This document shows, one piece after another, positions 41,686-50,872 of a stretch of DNA of 64,000 bases. Source of the stretch: Candidatus Marinacidobacterales bacterium (GTDB taxonomy: Bacteria; Acidobacteriota; Vicinamibacteria; Marinacidobacterales; SMYC01). The stretch covers positions 6,272,001-6,336,000 of the forward strand of contig OZ250169.1 in assembly GCA_965237955.1 (NCBI GenBank), written 5' to 3'. The notes beneath the pieces are model-generated. The model worked only from the letters and a program-made list of their open reading frames with translations. It was not told the origin of the DNA and did not search any database. A program made the translations under genes and the position numbers. How positions within the stretch are numbered: the first letter of the stretch is position 1; each line of letters begins with the position of its first letter.

Positions 41686-42900
41686 ATGGAGAATATCAGT
41701 ACCGAGACCAAGTTCTACCGGAAAGGCCTCGGGCTCAAGGAGCAAGTCAAAGAACCCCTGCAGAAGGACTATAAAGGGCTCATTGTCGACTTCGCTCGCG
41801 AGCACGGGTTCACGCTGCGCGCGGGCGAGCTCACGTTTCGTCTGGCGAAGGAGTTCGGCTTCTGCTACGGCGTCGACCGCGCCGTCGAGTACGCCTACGA
41901 AGCGCGCGCGCGTTTTCCGGAAAGGCGCATTTTCATCACCGGCGAGATCATACATAACGCGTACGTCAATTCACGCCTATCCGAGATGGGCATCGAGTTT
42001 CTCGATGGACCGTACGAAACCGAAGAGAAGTTCTCCACTGTGACCGCAGACGACGTAATTTTGCTACCTGCGTTCGGGGTCAGCACCGGCGAGCTCGAGA
42101 TCATGAAAAACAAACGCTCGATTCTCGTCGACACAACGTGCGGCTCGGTGATGAACGTCTGGAAAAACGTCGAGCGCTACGCGAGAGAGGGGTTCACGTC
42201 TCTCGTTCATGGCAAGTACTGGCACGAGGAGACCAGGGCCACCATCTCTCGCGCGACCAGCGGCGGCGGTCACTACGTGGTCGTCCGTGACATGGCCGCG
42301 ACCGAGATCGTGTGCGAGTACATCGAGAACGGAGGCGACGAGCGTGCCTTCGCCGCGCGTTTTCCGAAGGCGGTCTCGGAAGGATTCGAGGCCAATCGTC
42401 ACCTCGAGCGGCTCGGCGTTGCGAATCAGACGACGATGCTCAGCAGCGAGTCACTCGCGATTGCCCATCGGCTGCGCCAATCCATGGAGCAACGCTTCGG
42501 CGAGGCCGAGCTCACAAATCGATTTCGCTCCTTCGATACCATTTGTAGCGCCACTCAGGAACGACAAGACGCCGTTGTCGAGCTCTGCGACGAGGGGGTG
42601 GACTTGATGCTTGTGATCGGCGGGTACAACAGCAGCAACACCAATCATCTCGCCGAGATCTGCACGGAGACGTTTCCTACCTACCACATCGGCGACGCGG
42701 ATTGCCTCGTGTCTTCGCGGCTGCTACGCTACAAGCCCACCCACGAAAAAGACGAAGTCGAGCGAAACGACTGGCTCCCCGACGGGCCCATCAAGATAGG
42801 CATCACCGCGGGCGCATCGACTCCGGACGTCAAAATCGACGAATCGATCGAGCGCCTCCTGGCCTTCCGCGGTCTAACCAAATCCGACATCACGGCCTAG
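41686..42900 (+). CDS. ispH: 4-hydroxy-3-methylbut-2-enyl diphosphate reductase (long type)
   Basis: FGFCYGV, IIHN, DTTC, NQTT, DTICSATQERQ, GGYNSSN, TAGASTP. Confidence 0.95.
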   Translation: MENISTETKFYRKGLGLKEQVKEPLQKDYKGLIVDFAREHGFTLRAGELTFRLAKEFGFCYGVDRAVEYAYEARARFPERRIFITGEIIHNAYVNSRLSEMGIEFLDGPYETEEKFSTVTADDVILLPAFGVSTGELEIMKNKRSILVDTTCGSVMNVWKNVERYAREGFTSLVHGKYWHEETRATISRATSGGGHYVVVRDMAATEIVCEYIENGGDERAFAARFPKAVSEGFEANRHLERLGVANQTTMLSSESLAIAHRLRQSMEQRFGEAELTNRFRSFDTICSATQERQDAVVELCDEGVDLMLVIGGYNSSNTNHLAEICTETFPTYHIGDADCLVSSRLLRYKPTHEKDEVERNDWLPDGPIKIGITAGASTPDVKIDESIERLLAFRGLTKSDITA

Positions 42901-43082
42901 CTCCCTCGTTCGTGCCCGTGCCCGCTCCCTGTGCCCCCCTGAAGACTCGAGAAACAGCTGCCGACCGGGCGGTAAGCCACTCTTTTCGAGCGGTCCCGCG
43001 CATTCATATATAATTGCCTGACGCGTATTCGGGGTCGTTTCAACAATATTCGTTAGGTGTGTCCTCATCGACGGAGGTGTGA

Positions 43083-45260
43083 ATGGAAGGCGGATCGAAG
43101 CCTCGAATGGAGCCCCCTTTTCAGTCTGCTCAATCTGTTCGGCCCGTTCAGGCTGAACAGTCCGTCCAGGCGGAAACGGACGTAGCGGACCGCTACCACG
43201 GCCTCAACCGCGACGACTTGCTCGGTGCGTACCGCACCATGCTCCTATCGCGCCGAGTCGACGACCGCGAGATTCAGCTCAAGCGACAGAACAAAGTTTT
43301 TTTTCAAATCAACGGTGCCGGTCACGAAGCCGTGCTCGTGGCGACGGCGATGCAGCTTTCGCCCGGCCATGACTGGTTCTTTCCGCACTATCGCGATCGC
43401 GCGTTCACACTCGTTACTGGAATGACTGCGTTCGAGCAGTTCATGGCATCCGCCGCCGCCGCCTCCGACCCCGCTTCGGGTGGACGCCAAATGCCGTCCC
43501 ATTGGGGAAACAAGAAACTGAATATCGTCAGCCGATCGAGCTGCGTCGGAACACATTTCCTCCACGCCGTCGGAGCGGCCATTGCAGGCGAGTACTCGAA
43601 ATCCCCGGCCGGCGCGCCCGAGGATCGCGCGATCGTGTACGTTTCCGGCGGCGACGGCTCGACGAGTGAAGGCGAATTCTGGGAATCGCTCAACAACGCG
43701 TGCCTCCAGAAGGTCCCGGTACTTTTTCTCATCGAGGACAACAGCTACGCCATTTCCGTTCCTATCGAGCATCAAACGGCTGGCGCCAACATTTCGCGGC
43801 TCATCCGCAGTTTCCCGAGTTTGTTCGTGACCGAGTTCGACGGCTGCAACTTCATCGACAGCTACGGTCGCATCAAAGACGCCATCGCCTACCTGCGAGC
43901 CGGCAGAGGTCCCGTCCTCGCGCACGCGCATGTCATTCGTCCCTACTCTCACTCACTCTCGGACGATGAGCGCCTCTACAAGACGACGAAGGAACGCGAG
44001 GAAGAAGCCAAGCGCGACCCTATCGTTCGGATGAAACAGTTCCTACTTGCCGAAGGCCTCGCGACGGAAACCGAGCTCGAGAGCTACGAGAAACCCGTGC
44101 ACGACGAGGTCGCGGAAGCCGCCGATCAGGCGCTCACGATGGAGGCGCCCGACAAGAACAGCTGGAACATCCACCTCTACAGCGAGGCCGTCGACCCGAC
44201 GTCGGCCAAGTTCGCGACCGAGCCCACTCTGTCCGGAAAAGACGGCACGATGGTCGACCTCCTGAACGCGTGCTTGCGCGACGAGATGGCGCGCAACCCG
44301 GACGTTCTCGTGTTCGGTCAGGATGTCGCGGACGCGAGCCGCGAGGAGAATCTCACCGAAGTCAAAGGCAAAGGCGGTGTATTCAAAGTAACGTTTGGCC
44401 TGCAACGCGAGTTCGGGAGCAAGCGGGTGTGGAACAGCCCGCTCGCCGAAGCGAGCATCGTTGGCATGGCCACAGGCGCTGCCGTGCGCGGGCTCAAGCC
44501 CGTCGTCGAGATCCAGTTCTTCGACTACATCTGGCCCGCGTTCATGCAGCTTCGAAACGAAGTCGCGACCCTTCGCTGGCGCTCGGCGGGCGCGTTCAGC
44601 TGTCCCTTGGTAGTGCGCGTGCCTATCGGCGGTTATCTGACTGGCGGCTCCATATTCCACAGCCAATCGGGTGAAGTGCTGTTCACCCATATCCCTGGTC
44701 TGCGCGTGGTCATGCCGTCGACGGCTCTCGACGCGAACGGTCTTCTGAGAACGGCGATTCGCAGCGATGACCCGGTGATTTTTCTCGAGCACAAGCATCT
44801 GTATCGGCAGACGTACAACAAGAGCCCCTACCCCGGTCCGGACTACATGATTCCTTTCGGCAAGGCACGCACCGATCGCGAAGGCGACGACCTCAGCATC
44901 ATTACTTACGGCGCGCTGGTACGGCGTTCCCGGCTCGCCGCGCAGAAAGCCGCCGCCGAGGGAATCTCCGTGGAGATCATCGACTTGCGATCGCTTTCGC
45001 CCTACGATTGGGACGCGATTCAAGAGACGGTCAAGAAAACCAGCCGCGTTATCGTCGCCTACGAGGACACTCGCACCTTCGGCTACGGCGCAGAGATCGC
45101 CGCGCGCATTTCTGAAGAACTGTTCGAGGAGCTCGATGCTCCCGTGCGCCGGGTCGCCGCCAAGGACTGCTGGGTCCCGTACAACCCGAGCATGGAAGAC
45201 ACGATTCTGCCGCAAGCCGAAGACCTGCTGGAGGCAATACGGGACCTCGCAGGTTATTAG
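43083..45260 (+). CDS. 2-oxoacid (likely branched-chain) dehydrogenase E1 alpha/beta fusion
   Basis: [12 protein letters not shown]...N TPP motif, HSLSDD, NSPLAE, EIQFFDY, FLEHK. Confidence 0.92.
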   Translation: MEGGSKPRMEPPFQSAQSVRPVQAEQSVQAETDVADRYHGLNRDDLLGAYRTMLLSRRVDDREIQLKRQNKVFFQINGAGHEAVLVATAMQLSPGHDWFFPHYRDRAFTLVTGMTAFEQFMASAAAASDPASGGRQMPSHWGNKKLNIVSRSSCVGTHFLHAVGAAIAGEYSKSPAGAPEDRAIVYVSGGDGSTSEGEFWESLNNACLQKVPVLFLIEDNSYAISVPIEHQTAGANISRLIRSFPSLFVTEFDGCNFIDSYGRIKDAIAYLRAGRGPVLAHAHVIRPYSHSLSDDERLYKTTKEREEEAKRDPIVRMKQFLLAEGLATETELESYEKPVHDEVAEAADQALTMEAPDKNSWNIHLYSEAVDPTSAKFATEPTLSGKDGTMVDLLNACLRDEMARNPDVLVFGQDVADASREENLTEVKGKGGVFKVTFGLQREFGSKRVWNSPLAEASIVGMATGAAVRGLKPVVEIQFFDYIWPAFMQLRNEVATLRWRSAGAFSCPLVVRVPIGGYLTGGSIFHSQSGEVLFTHIPGLRVVMPSTALDANGLLRTAIRSDDPVIFLEHKHLYRQTYNKSPYPGPDYMIPFGKARTDREGDDLSIITYGALVRRSRLAAQKAAAEGISVEIIDLRSLSPYDWDAIQETVKKTSRVIVAYEDTRTFGYGAEIAARISEELFEELDAPVRRVAAKDCWVPYNPSMEDTILPQAEDLLEAIRDLAGY

Positions 45261-45300
45261 CCAGTCATGAGCACAGACGTCCACTCAACTCCCTAGAAAA

Positions 45301-46455
45301 ATGCCGGCGCTGACGATCTTGTCGGAAGACGAAGAGCTCTTCCGCGGGATGGTCCGCGAGTTCGCCGAGAACGAAATCGGCCCCCTGGTCTCGAAAATGG
45401 ATCGGGAGATGCAGATCGAGCCGGCGCTTCTGAAAAAATTCTTCGAGCTCGGCTTGATGGGCATCGAGATTCCGGAAGCTCACGGTGGCTCGGCAGCGAG
45501 CTTTTTCATGGCCGCGCTTGCCGTCGAAGAAGTTTCACGCGTCGACGCGTCGCTCGGAGTTTGCATCGACGTCCAGAACACGCTAGTCAACAACGCCTTC
45601 ATGCGCTGGGCAACGGAAGAACAGAAAAAGCGCTACTTGCCTCGGCTCGCGGTCGACACCGTCGGGGCCTACGCACTTTCCGAGCCCGATTCCGGGAGCG
45701 ACGCGTTCGCGCTCGCGTGCCGCGCGACTAAGGACGACGACGGCGACGGGTACCGGCTCACGGGAACCAAGCTCTGGATTACCAACGGCGCTGAAGCGGG
45801 CCTGTTCATCGTCTTCGCCACCGTGGATCCGGACGCGGGCTACAAAGGCATTACCGCGTTTGTCGTCGAGCGCGACTTCGAAGGTTTCACCGTCGGGAAA
45901 AAAGAAGACAAGCTCGGCATCCGCGCATCGAGCACCAACGAGCTCATTCTCGAAGATTGCGTGGTGCCGAAAGCGAACGTGCTCGGCGAGATCGGCAAAG
46001 GCTACAAGATCGCCATCGAAACCTTGAACGAGGGCCGCATCGGTATCGGCGCACAGATGGTGGGCATTGCCACCGGGGCGCTCGAGCACGCGATGAGCTA
46101 CACCAAAGACCGCACTGCCTTCGGCAAACCGATCGCGGAGTTCCAGGGCGTTCAGTTCCAGCTCGCTCAATGCGCCACCGAGCTCGAGGCGGCACGTCTA
46201 CTCGTCTACAACGCTTCCAGGCTGCGCGACGCGCACAAGCCGTTTCTGGTCGAGGCGGCGATGGCCAAGCTCTTTTCTTCGCAAGTTGCCGAACGGGTAA
46301 CCTCACAAGCGATCGAGCACTACGGTGGTTATGGCTACACCAAGGACTTCCCGGTCGAGAAGTATTGGCGCGATGCCAAGATCGGCGCGATTTACGAAGG
46401 GACGTCCAACTTGCAACTGCAAACGATCGCGAAGTACTTGCTGAAAAATCGGTAG
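45301..46455 (+). CDS. Short/branched-chain acyl-CoA dehydrogenase
   Basis: YALSEPDSGSD, KLWITN, KLGIRAS, GGYGY, IYEGTSN. Confidence 0.92.
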   Translation: MPALTILSEDEELFRGMVREFAENEIGPLVSKMDREMQIEPALLKKFFELGLMGIEIPEAHGGSAASFFMAALAVEEVSRVDASLGVCIDVQNTLVNNAFMRWATEEQKKRYLPRLAVDTVGAYALSEPDSGSDAFALACRATKDDDGDGYRLTGTKLWITNGAEAGLFIVFATVDPDAGYKGITAFVVERDFEGFTVGKKEDKLGIRASSTNELILEDCVVPKANVLGEIGKGYKIAIETLNEGRIGIGAQMVGIATGALEHAMSYTKDRTAFGKPIAEFQGVQFQLAQCATELEAARLLVYNASRLRDAHKPFLVEAAMAKLFSSQVAERVTSQAIEHYGGYGYTKDFPVEKYWRDAKIGAIYEGTSNLQLQTIAKYLLKNR

Positions 46456-46456
46456 C

Positions 46457-46480
46457 GCCATCGGCCGTCGGCCATCAGCT
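46457..46480. repeat. Heptamer tandem array
   Basis: GCCATCGGCCGTCGGCCATCAGCT immediately after the acyl-CoA dehydrogenase stop. Confidence 0.65.
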
Positions 46481-46523
46481 AGCTGCGGTAGACTCTTCCT
46501 CGTTGTCCACAGGGAGGGGCGCC

Positions 46524-47945
46524 TTGAAAAGCTTTCACATGACGACGGACGAGTTCCGCCGCGCGGGCCACGAGCTCGTGGATTGGATTGCAGATTACCG
46601 AGCGCGCATCGAGGAGTTCCCGGTGCTCTCTCGAGCGAGGCCCGGGGACCTTCGGAGAGCACTCCCTCAGAGCCCGCCGGAGGCCGGTGAGACTTTTGAA
46701 ACGATACTCGCCGATCTTGACCGGTTGATACTCCCCGGCATCACCCACTGGCAATCACCGAGCTTCTTCGCCTATTTTCCGGCGAACGCGTCGCCTCCCG
46801 CCATTCTCGGCGATTTGCTCTCGGCCGGGCTAGGCGTGCAAGGGATGATCTGGGCGACGAGCCCCGCGTGCACCGAGCTCGAGACACACGTCCTCGACTG
46901 GCTCGTCGAAATGCTCGGGCTTCCCGATTTCTTCAAGTCCTCTTCTGGCGGCGGCGGCGTCATCCAGGATTCGGCGTCGAGCGGAGCTCTGTGCGCACTC
47001 CTCGTGGCTCGAGAACGCGCCACCGAGTTCGAGACCAATCGCCACGGCATCCGTTCCCGGCTCGCCGCCTACACCTCCACCCAAACGCATTCGTCAGTGA
47101 CCAAGGCCGTCAAGATCGCCGGTATCGGCGAAGACAACCTCCGGCTCATCGAGGTCGACGAAAACTTCGCGATGAATCCGGCGGCGCTCGAGAAGAGGGT
47201 TCACGAAGATCGGGCGTCTGGTCTAACACCGATTTTTGTGTGCGCAACCGTTGGCACCACCTCGTCGACCGCCGTCGATCCGATTCCGCGGATCGGCGAA
47301 ATCTGCCGCGATGAGAACCTGTGGCTCCATGTCGATGCCGCCATGGCCGGTACCGCAACGTTATGTCCGGAGCTCCGCTATCTCAACGCGGGGCTCGAGC
47401 ACGCCGACAGCTATGCTTTCAACCCCCACAAATGGATGTTCACGAGCTTCGACTGCAGCTGTCTCTACGTGAAGAGCTCGAAGGCGCTCATCGACACTCT
47501 GAGCATCCTGCCGGAGTACCTGCGCAACCAAGCTACGGAATCAGGAGCCGTCATCGATTACCGTGATTGGCAGATTCCGCTCGGTCGCCGATTTCGCGCG
47601 CTCAAGCTCTGGTTCGTTATCCGCCACTACGGGGTCGAAGGTTTACGCCACCACATCCGCCGCCACATCGAGCTCACGCGCCAGTTCGCGTCTTGGGTGA
47701 AAGCGGACGAGCGCTTCGAGCTCGCGGCCCCTGTCCCGCTCAATCTCGTGTGCTTTCGCCATCGCGGCGGCGACGACGTTAGCGAAAAGCTCATGAACCA
47801 ATTGAACGAGAGCGGCAAGATATATTTGACTCACACCAAGCTCGACGGGCGCTTCGTCCTTCGCATGGCTATCGGGCAAACCGAGACGGAAGAGGAGCAC
47901 GTCGAGCGAGCGTGGGATTTGATTCGCGAGCTTGCGCCCGCGTGA
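46524..47945 (+). CDS. Aromatic-L-amino-acid decarboxylase (group II PLP decarboxylase)
   Basis: EFRRAGHELVDWIADY, PGITHWQSP, SPACTELE, HVDAA, NPHKW (PLP Lys), DYRDWQIPLGRRFRALK; TTG start after GGAGG. Confidence 0.9.
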   Translation: MKSFHMTTDEFRRAGHELVDWIADYRARIEEFPVLSRARPGDLRRALPQSPPEAGETFETILADLDRLILPGITHWQSPSFFAYFPANASPPAILGDLLSAGLGVQGMIWATSPACTELETHVLDWLVEMLGLPDFFKSSSGGGGVIQDSASSGALCALLVARERATEFETNRHGIRSRLAAYTSTQTHSSVTKAVKIAGIGEDNLRLIEVDENFAMNPAALEKRVHEDRASGLTPIFVCATVGTTSSTAVDPIPRIGEICRDENLWLHVDAAMAGTATLCPELRYLNAGLEHADSYAFNPHKWMFTSFDCSCLYVKSSKALIDTLSILPEYLRNQATESGAVIDYRDWQIPLGRRFRALKLWFVIRHYGVEGLRHHIRRHIELTRQFASWVKADERFELAAPVPLNLVCFRHRGGDDVSEKLMNQLNESGKIYLTHTKLDGRFVLRMAIGQTETEEEHVERAWDLIRELAPA

Positions 47946-47961
47946 TAAAAGAGCAAGAACT

Positions 47962-48162
47962 CAACGCAAAGACGCCAAGGCGCAGAATCGCAAAGACCAT
48001 ATCCCACTTTGCGTCTTGGCGTCCTAGTCCCCTGTATCAGAACAAACTAGATAAAGCAGAGCTTGCCGGAACCCTTCTAAGTGCATGAATCTTATGAATA
48101 TTATGGGCTGGCGAAAAGCCTAACTTTGTATAGCGATCCAGGGGACTAGCGCCTTTGCGTTT
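47962..48162. repeat. REP-like 8-mer palindrome interrupted by a MITE
   Basis: CAACGCAAAGACGCCAAGGCGC...CTTTGCGTCTTGGCGTC[insert]CGCCTTTGCGTT. Confidence 0.8.
48024..48149. mobile_element. MITE-like element (about 126 bp including flanking CTAG)
   Basis: Terminal IRs CTAGTCCCCTGTATC / GATCCAGGGGACTAG (14/15 match), AT-rich interior, CTAG at both ends. Confidence 0.75.
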
Positions 48163-48169
48163 TTCTTTT

Positions 48170-49843
48170 CTAGGTGGCCAATGCCCTCGCGCGCTTTGCG
48201 ACTGCCATCGCGGAGAACGCTTCGAGCATCACGTACACAGCCGCGACGATGACGAACATATCCAGAACCAGTAAGAAGTAGTTCCCGGTCGTGTAGAGGC
48301 TCCACAGCTGATAGAGCGCCGAGAAAAAAGACATCGTCGTCACGAACACCATCGGCACCAACGTGTAACGACTCGGGCGACCGAGTTTCACCAGCATGAC
48401 GCTGATGACCAACAACGTCAGGCCCGCGAGCAGCTGGTTGGTCGTCCCGAAGAGCGGCCAAAGAACCATCCCTCCGGTTCCATCGGCGCCACCCGCACCG
48501 AACGCGAGCGCGAGGCATGCCCCGACGGCGACGAAAGTCGCGACGTATCCGTTTTGCATCGGTCGGATCCCGTAGATGACACCCCATTCCTGAATGATAT
48601 AGCGCTGAAGGCGAACTCCAGCGTCCATCGTCGTACCGGCAAACAGGACCGCCATCACCGTCAACAGCGTAGACGCGAACTCAGTGCTTATGCCGAAACC
48701 GGAGGCCATGATCGTGGCGCCCCCTTGCACGAACGCACCGAGGCCGCCGTGACCGAACTCCTCGTATGTACCTCTCCACTCCTCGAAAGAAGCGAACCCC
48801 GCCGTGGTCGCCACGATCACGACGAGAGCGAGAGCGCCCTCGCCCAAAGAGCCCAGATAGCCGACGAACCGTGCATCGGTCTCTTTGTCGAGCTGCTTGG
48901 AGGTCGTTCCCGACGAAACCAGGCCATGGAAGCCCGAGACCGCGCCACAGGCAATGGTCACGAACAGAAGCGGCACAAGAGGCGGTGCCGCCGCCGGCAT
49001 GTCGAGATTGATCGCCGGAACCACCACCGTCGGGCCGGCAATGAATACCGCGCCGTACAGGAGGACAAGGCCGACGGCGAGTTGGATGCCGTTGATGAAG
49101 TCTCTCGGTTGGAGCAACAGCCACACCGGCAGCAGCGAAGCAATCGCCGCATAGAGGAAGAGGATGAGGATCCATTGCGGGCCGGGACCAAAGCCGAGTA
49201 CCGACGCGGGTAGCTCGACCGGAAACGCTTCTCCGAGATAAATCACCGCGTAGAGCACGATGGTGCCGACGACCGTCGGCCACAGGATCCGAGCTTTGAC
49301 TCTATAGATCAAGACGCCGATGACAAAGGCGACGCCGATCGCGCTCCACGCGGGAATCACGCTGCTCGGGGTTTTCTGAAACGCCGCCGAGATCACGACC
49401 GCGAAAACGGCATTCACCATGAGCAGCAGAAGGAAAATGACCACCATGAACAGATTCCGTGCGCGGTGCCCGACGACATCTCCGGTGAGGGCCCCCACCG
49501 ACTTGGCTTTGTTGCGAACGCTTGCCCAAATCGCGCCAAAGTCGTGCACGCCCGCAAAGAAAACCGTGCCGATAACGACCCAGAGAAACGCGGGAAGCCA
49601 TCCCCAAATCACCGCGATTGCCGGGCCGACGATGGGAGCGGCGCCCGCGACCGCGGTGAAATGATGCCCCCAAAGCACGATCCGGTTCGTCGGCAGGTAG
49701 TCGACATCGTCGCGCATCGCGTGAGCGGGCGTCTCGAAATCCGGATCGAGTTGGTAGATGCGTTGCGCTACGAACTTCGAGTAGAAGCGGTAACCGACAA
49801 AAAGGCACAAAAGCCCGGATGCAGCTAGGAAAACTCCGCTCAT
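48170..49843 (-). CDS. cstA: Carbon starvation protein A (peptide/pyruvate transporter)
   Basis: TPAH, GHHFTAVAGAAPIVGP, LPVWLLLQPRD, IACGAVSGFH, WPLFGTTNQLLA. Confidence 0.93.
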   Translation of the reverse strand: MSGVFLAASGLLCLFVGYRFYSKFVAQRIYQLDPDFETPAHAMRDDVDYLPTNRIVLWGHHFTAVAGAAPIVGPAIAVIWGWLPAFLWVVIGTVFFAGVHDFGAIWASVRNKAKSVGALTGDVVGHRARNLFMVVIFLLLLMVNAVFAVVISAAFQKTPSSVIPAWSAIGVAFVIGVLIYRVKARILWPTVVGTIVLYAVIYLGEAFPVELPASVLGFGPGPQWILILFLYAAIASLLPVWLLLQPRDFINGIQLAVGLVLLYGAVFIAGPTVVVPAINLDMPAAAPPLVPLLFVTIACGAVSGFHGLVSSGTTSKQLDKETDARFVGYLGSLGEGALALVVIVATTAGFASFEEWRGTYEEFGHGGLGAFVQGGATIMASGFGISTEFASTLLTVMAVLFAGTTMDAGVRLQRYIIQEWGVIYGIRPMQNGYVATFVAVGACLALAFGAGGADGTGGMVLWPLFGTTNQLLAGLTLLVISVMLVKLGRPSRYTLVPMVFVTTMSFFSALYQLWSLYTTGNYFLLVLDMFVIVAAVYVMLEAFSAMAVAKRARALAT

Positions 49844-49985
49844 TGGAGAACGACTCGATTCTTCACTTCGGTTTTTCCGTGAAACTGCCTTCTCAAAGGC
49901 GAAATCGACGCTAGAGGCAAGCTGCCGGTACAAACGTTCGCGAACTGACGGAGCATTGCCAGATCAGGGCGCGGGGCTCACAATA

Positions 49986-50321
49986 TCAGACGACCGCCTT
50001 CCACGCGCCATCCGCATTGCGCCGCCACACGGTGACGTAGAGACCGGTCTCGACGGCCTTGTTCCCGTCGGTGTCGGATGTTGCGCGCGTGTAGGTGCCG
50101 TAGGTGTAGCCGAGATCGCCTGACGCTTCGGCAAACTCCGGCTCCCAGGTCAGCGAGTAATCAGGACTATCGAGAACAGCGTCGACCCAACCGGAAGTGC
50201 CTCGCTCAGCGGTCTCCGCTTGGAAACGTCGGTCGGCTGTCACGAGCTCTTCAGGATCAACCACCGTTGTCCTGCACGCGAGCGAGATCAGGAGCAGTAG
50301 AAAAGTCGCGAGTCCCGTCAT
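49986..50321 (-). pseudogene. NTF2-like/DUF4440 lipoprotein, apparently internally deleted and 3'-degraded
   Basis: LTWEP...SGDLGYTYG...GLYVTVWRR...WK motifs present; the usual segment between GWV and SLTWEP seems missing; stop precedes the usual DIG ending. Confidence 0.55.
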
Positions 50322-50872
50322 ATCGTTTCCTGGTATTGAAACCACCACAAAAACGCGGCTACCACGAGAGCATGCGCGATTTTCCCGTCATGGAGAAGAC
50401 CCGGCACATCTCGGCGAGGATAGCGGACCACTTCGATGTCTTCGGTATCATCGGGTCGCGGCTCGCCCGCGAGTGTTGCATTCTTCGCCAGAAAACTGAA
50501 ACACCGGTTCTCCTGGAGCGCGGGATTCGGGTGCACGACACCAAGCTCGACGAGCTCGTCCGACGCATAGCCGGTCTCTTCCCGCATCTCCCTCGCGGCA
50601 GCGACCATGGGCGACGCGTCGTCGGGGTCGATCATGCCACCCGGCACCTCGAGACTGACGCCGTCGATGCCGTGGCGGTAGTGTTCGATGAAGACGACCT
50701 CGTCGTCTTTCGTCAATGGGATGACGTTGACCCAGTCGACGGACTCGATGACGTTGAAGTCGTGTGAGGAATCGGGGTAAGCCGGGCGCTGCTTCCGATC
50801 ACGACGAAGCGACAGCACCGGTGTCTCGAACACGATGTCGCGACCAGACGTGGTCCAGAACTTCTTGGTCAA
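50318..50872 (-). CDS. NUDIX hydrolase (ADP-ribose pyrophosphatase-like)
   Basis: Nudix box GGMID...AAAREMREETGY. Confidence 0.9.
   Translation of the reverse strand: MTKKFWTTSGRDIVFETPVLSLRRDRKQRPAYPDSSHDFNVIESVDWVNVIPLTKDDEVVFIEHYRHGIDGVSLEVPGGMIDPDDASPMVAAAREMREETGYASDELVELGVVHPNPALQENRCFSFLAKNATLAGEPRPDDTEDIEVVRYPRRDVPGLLHDGKIAHALVVAAFLWWFQYQETI

Noticed and set aside
45957-46523. N-terminal 190 aa of the 662-aa ORF
   Set aside because: Overlaps the acyl-CoA dehydrogenase in another frame; decarboxylase homology and the RBS start at about 46524.
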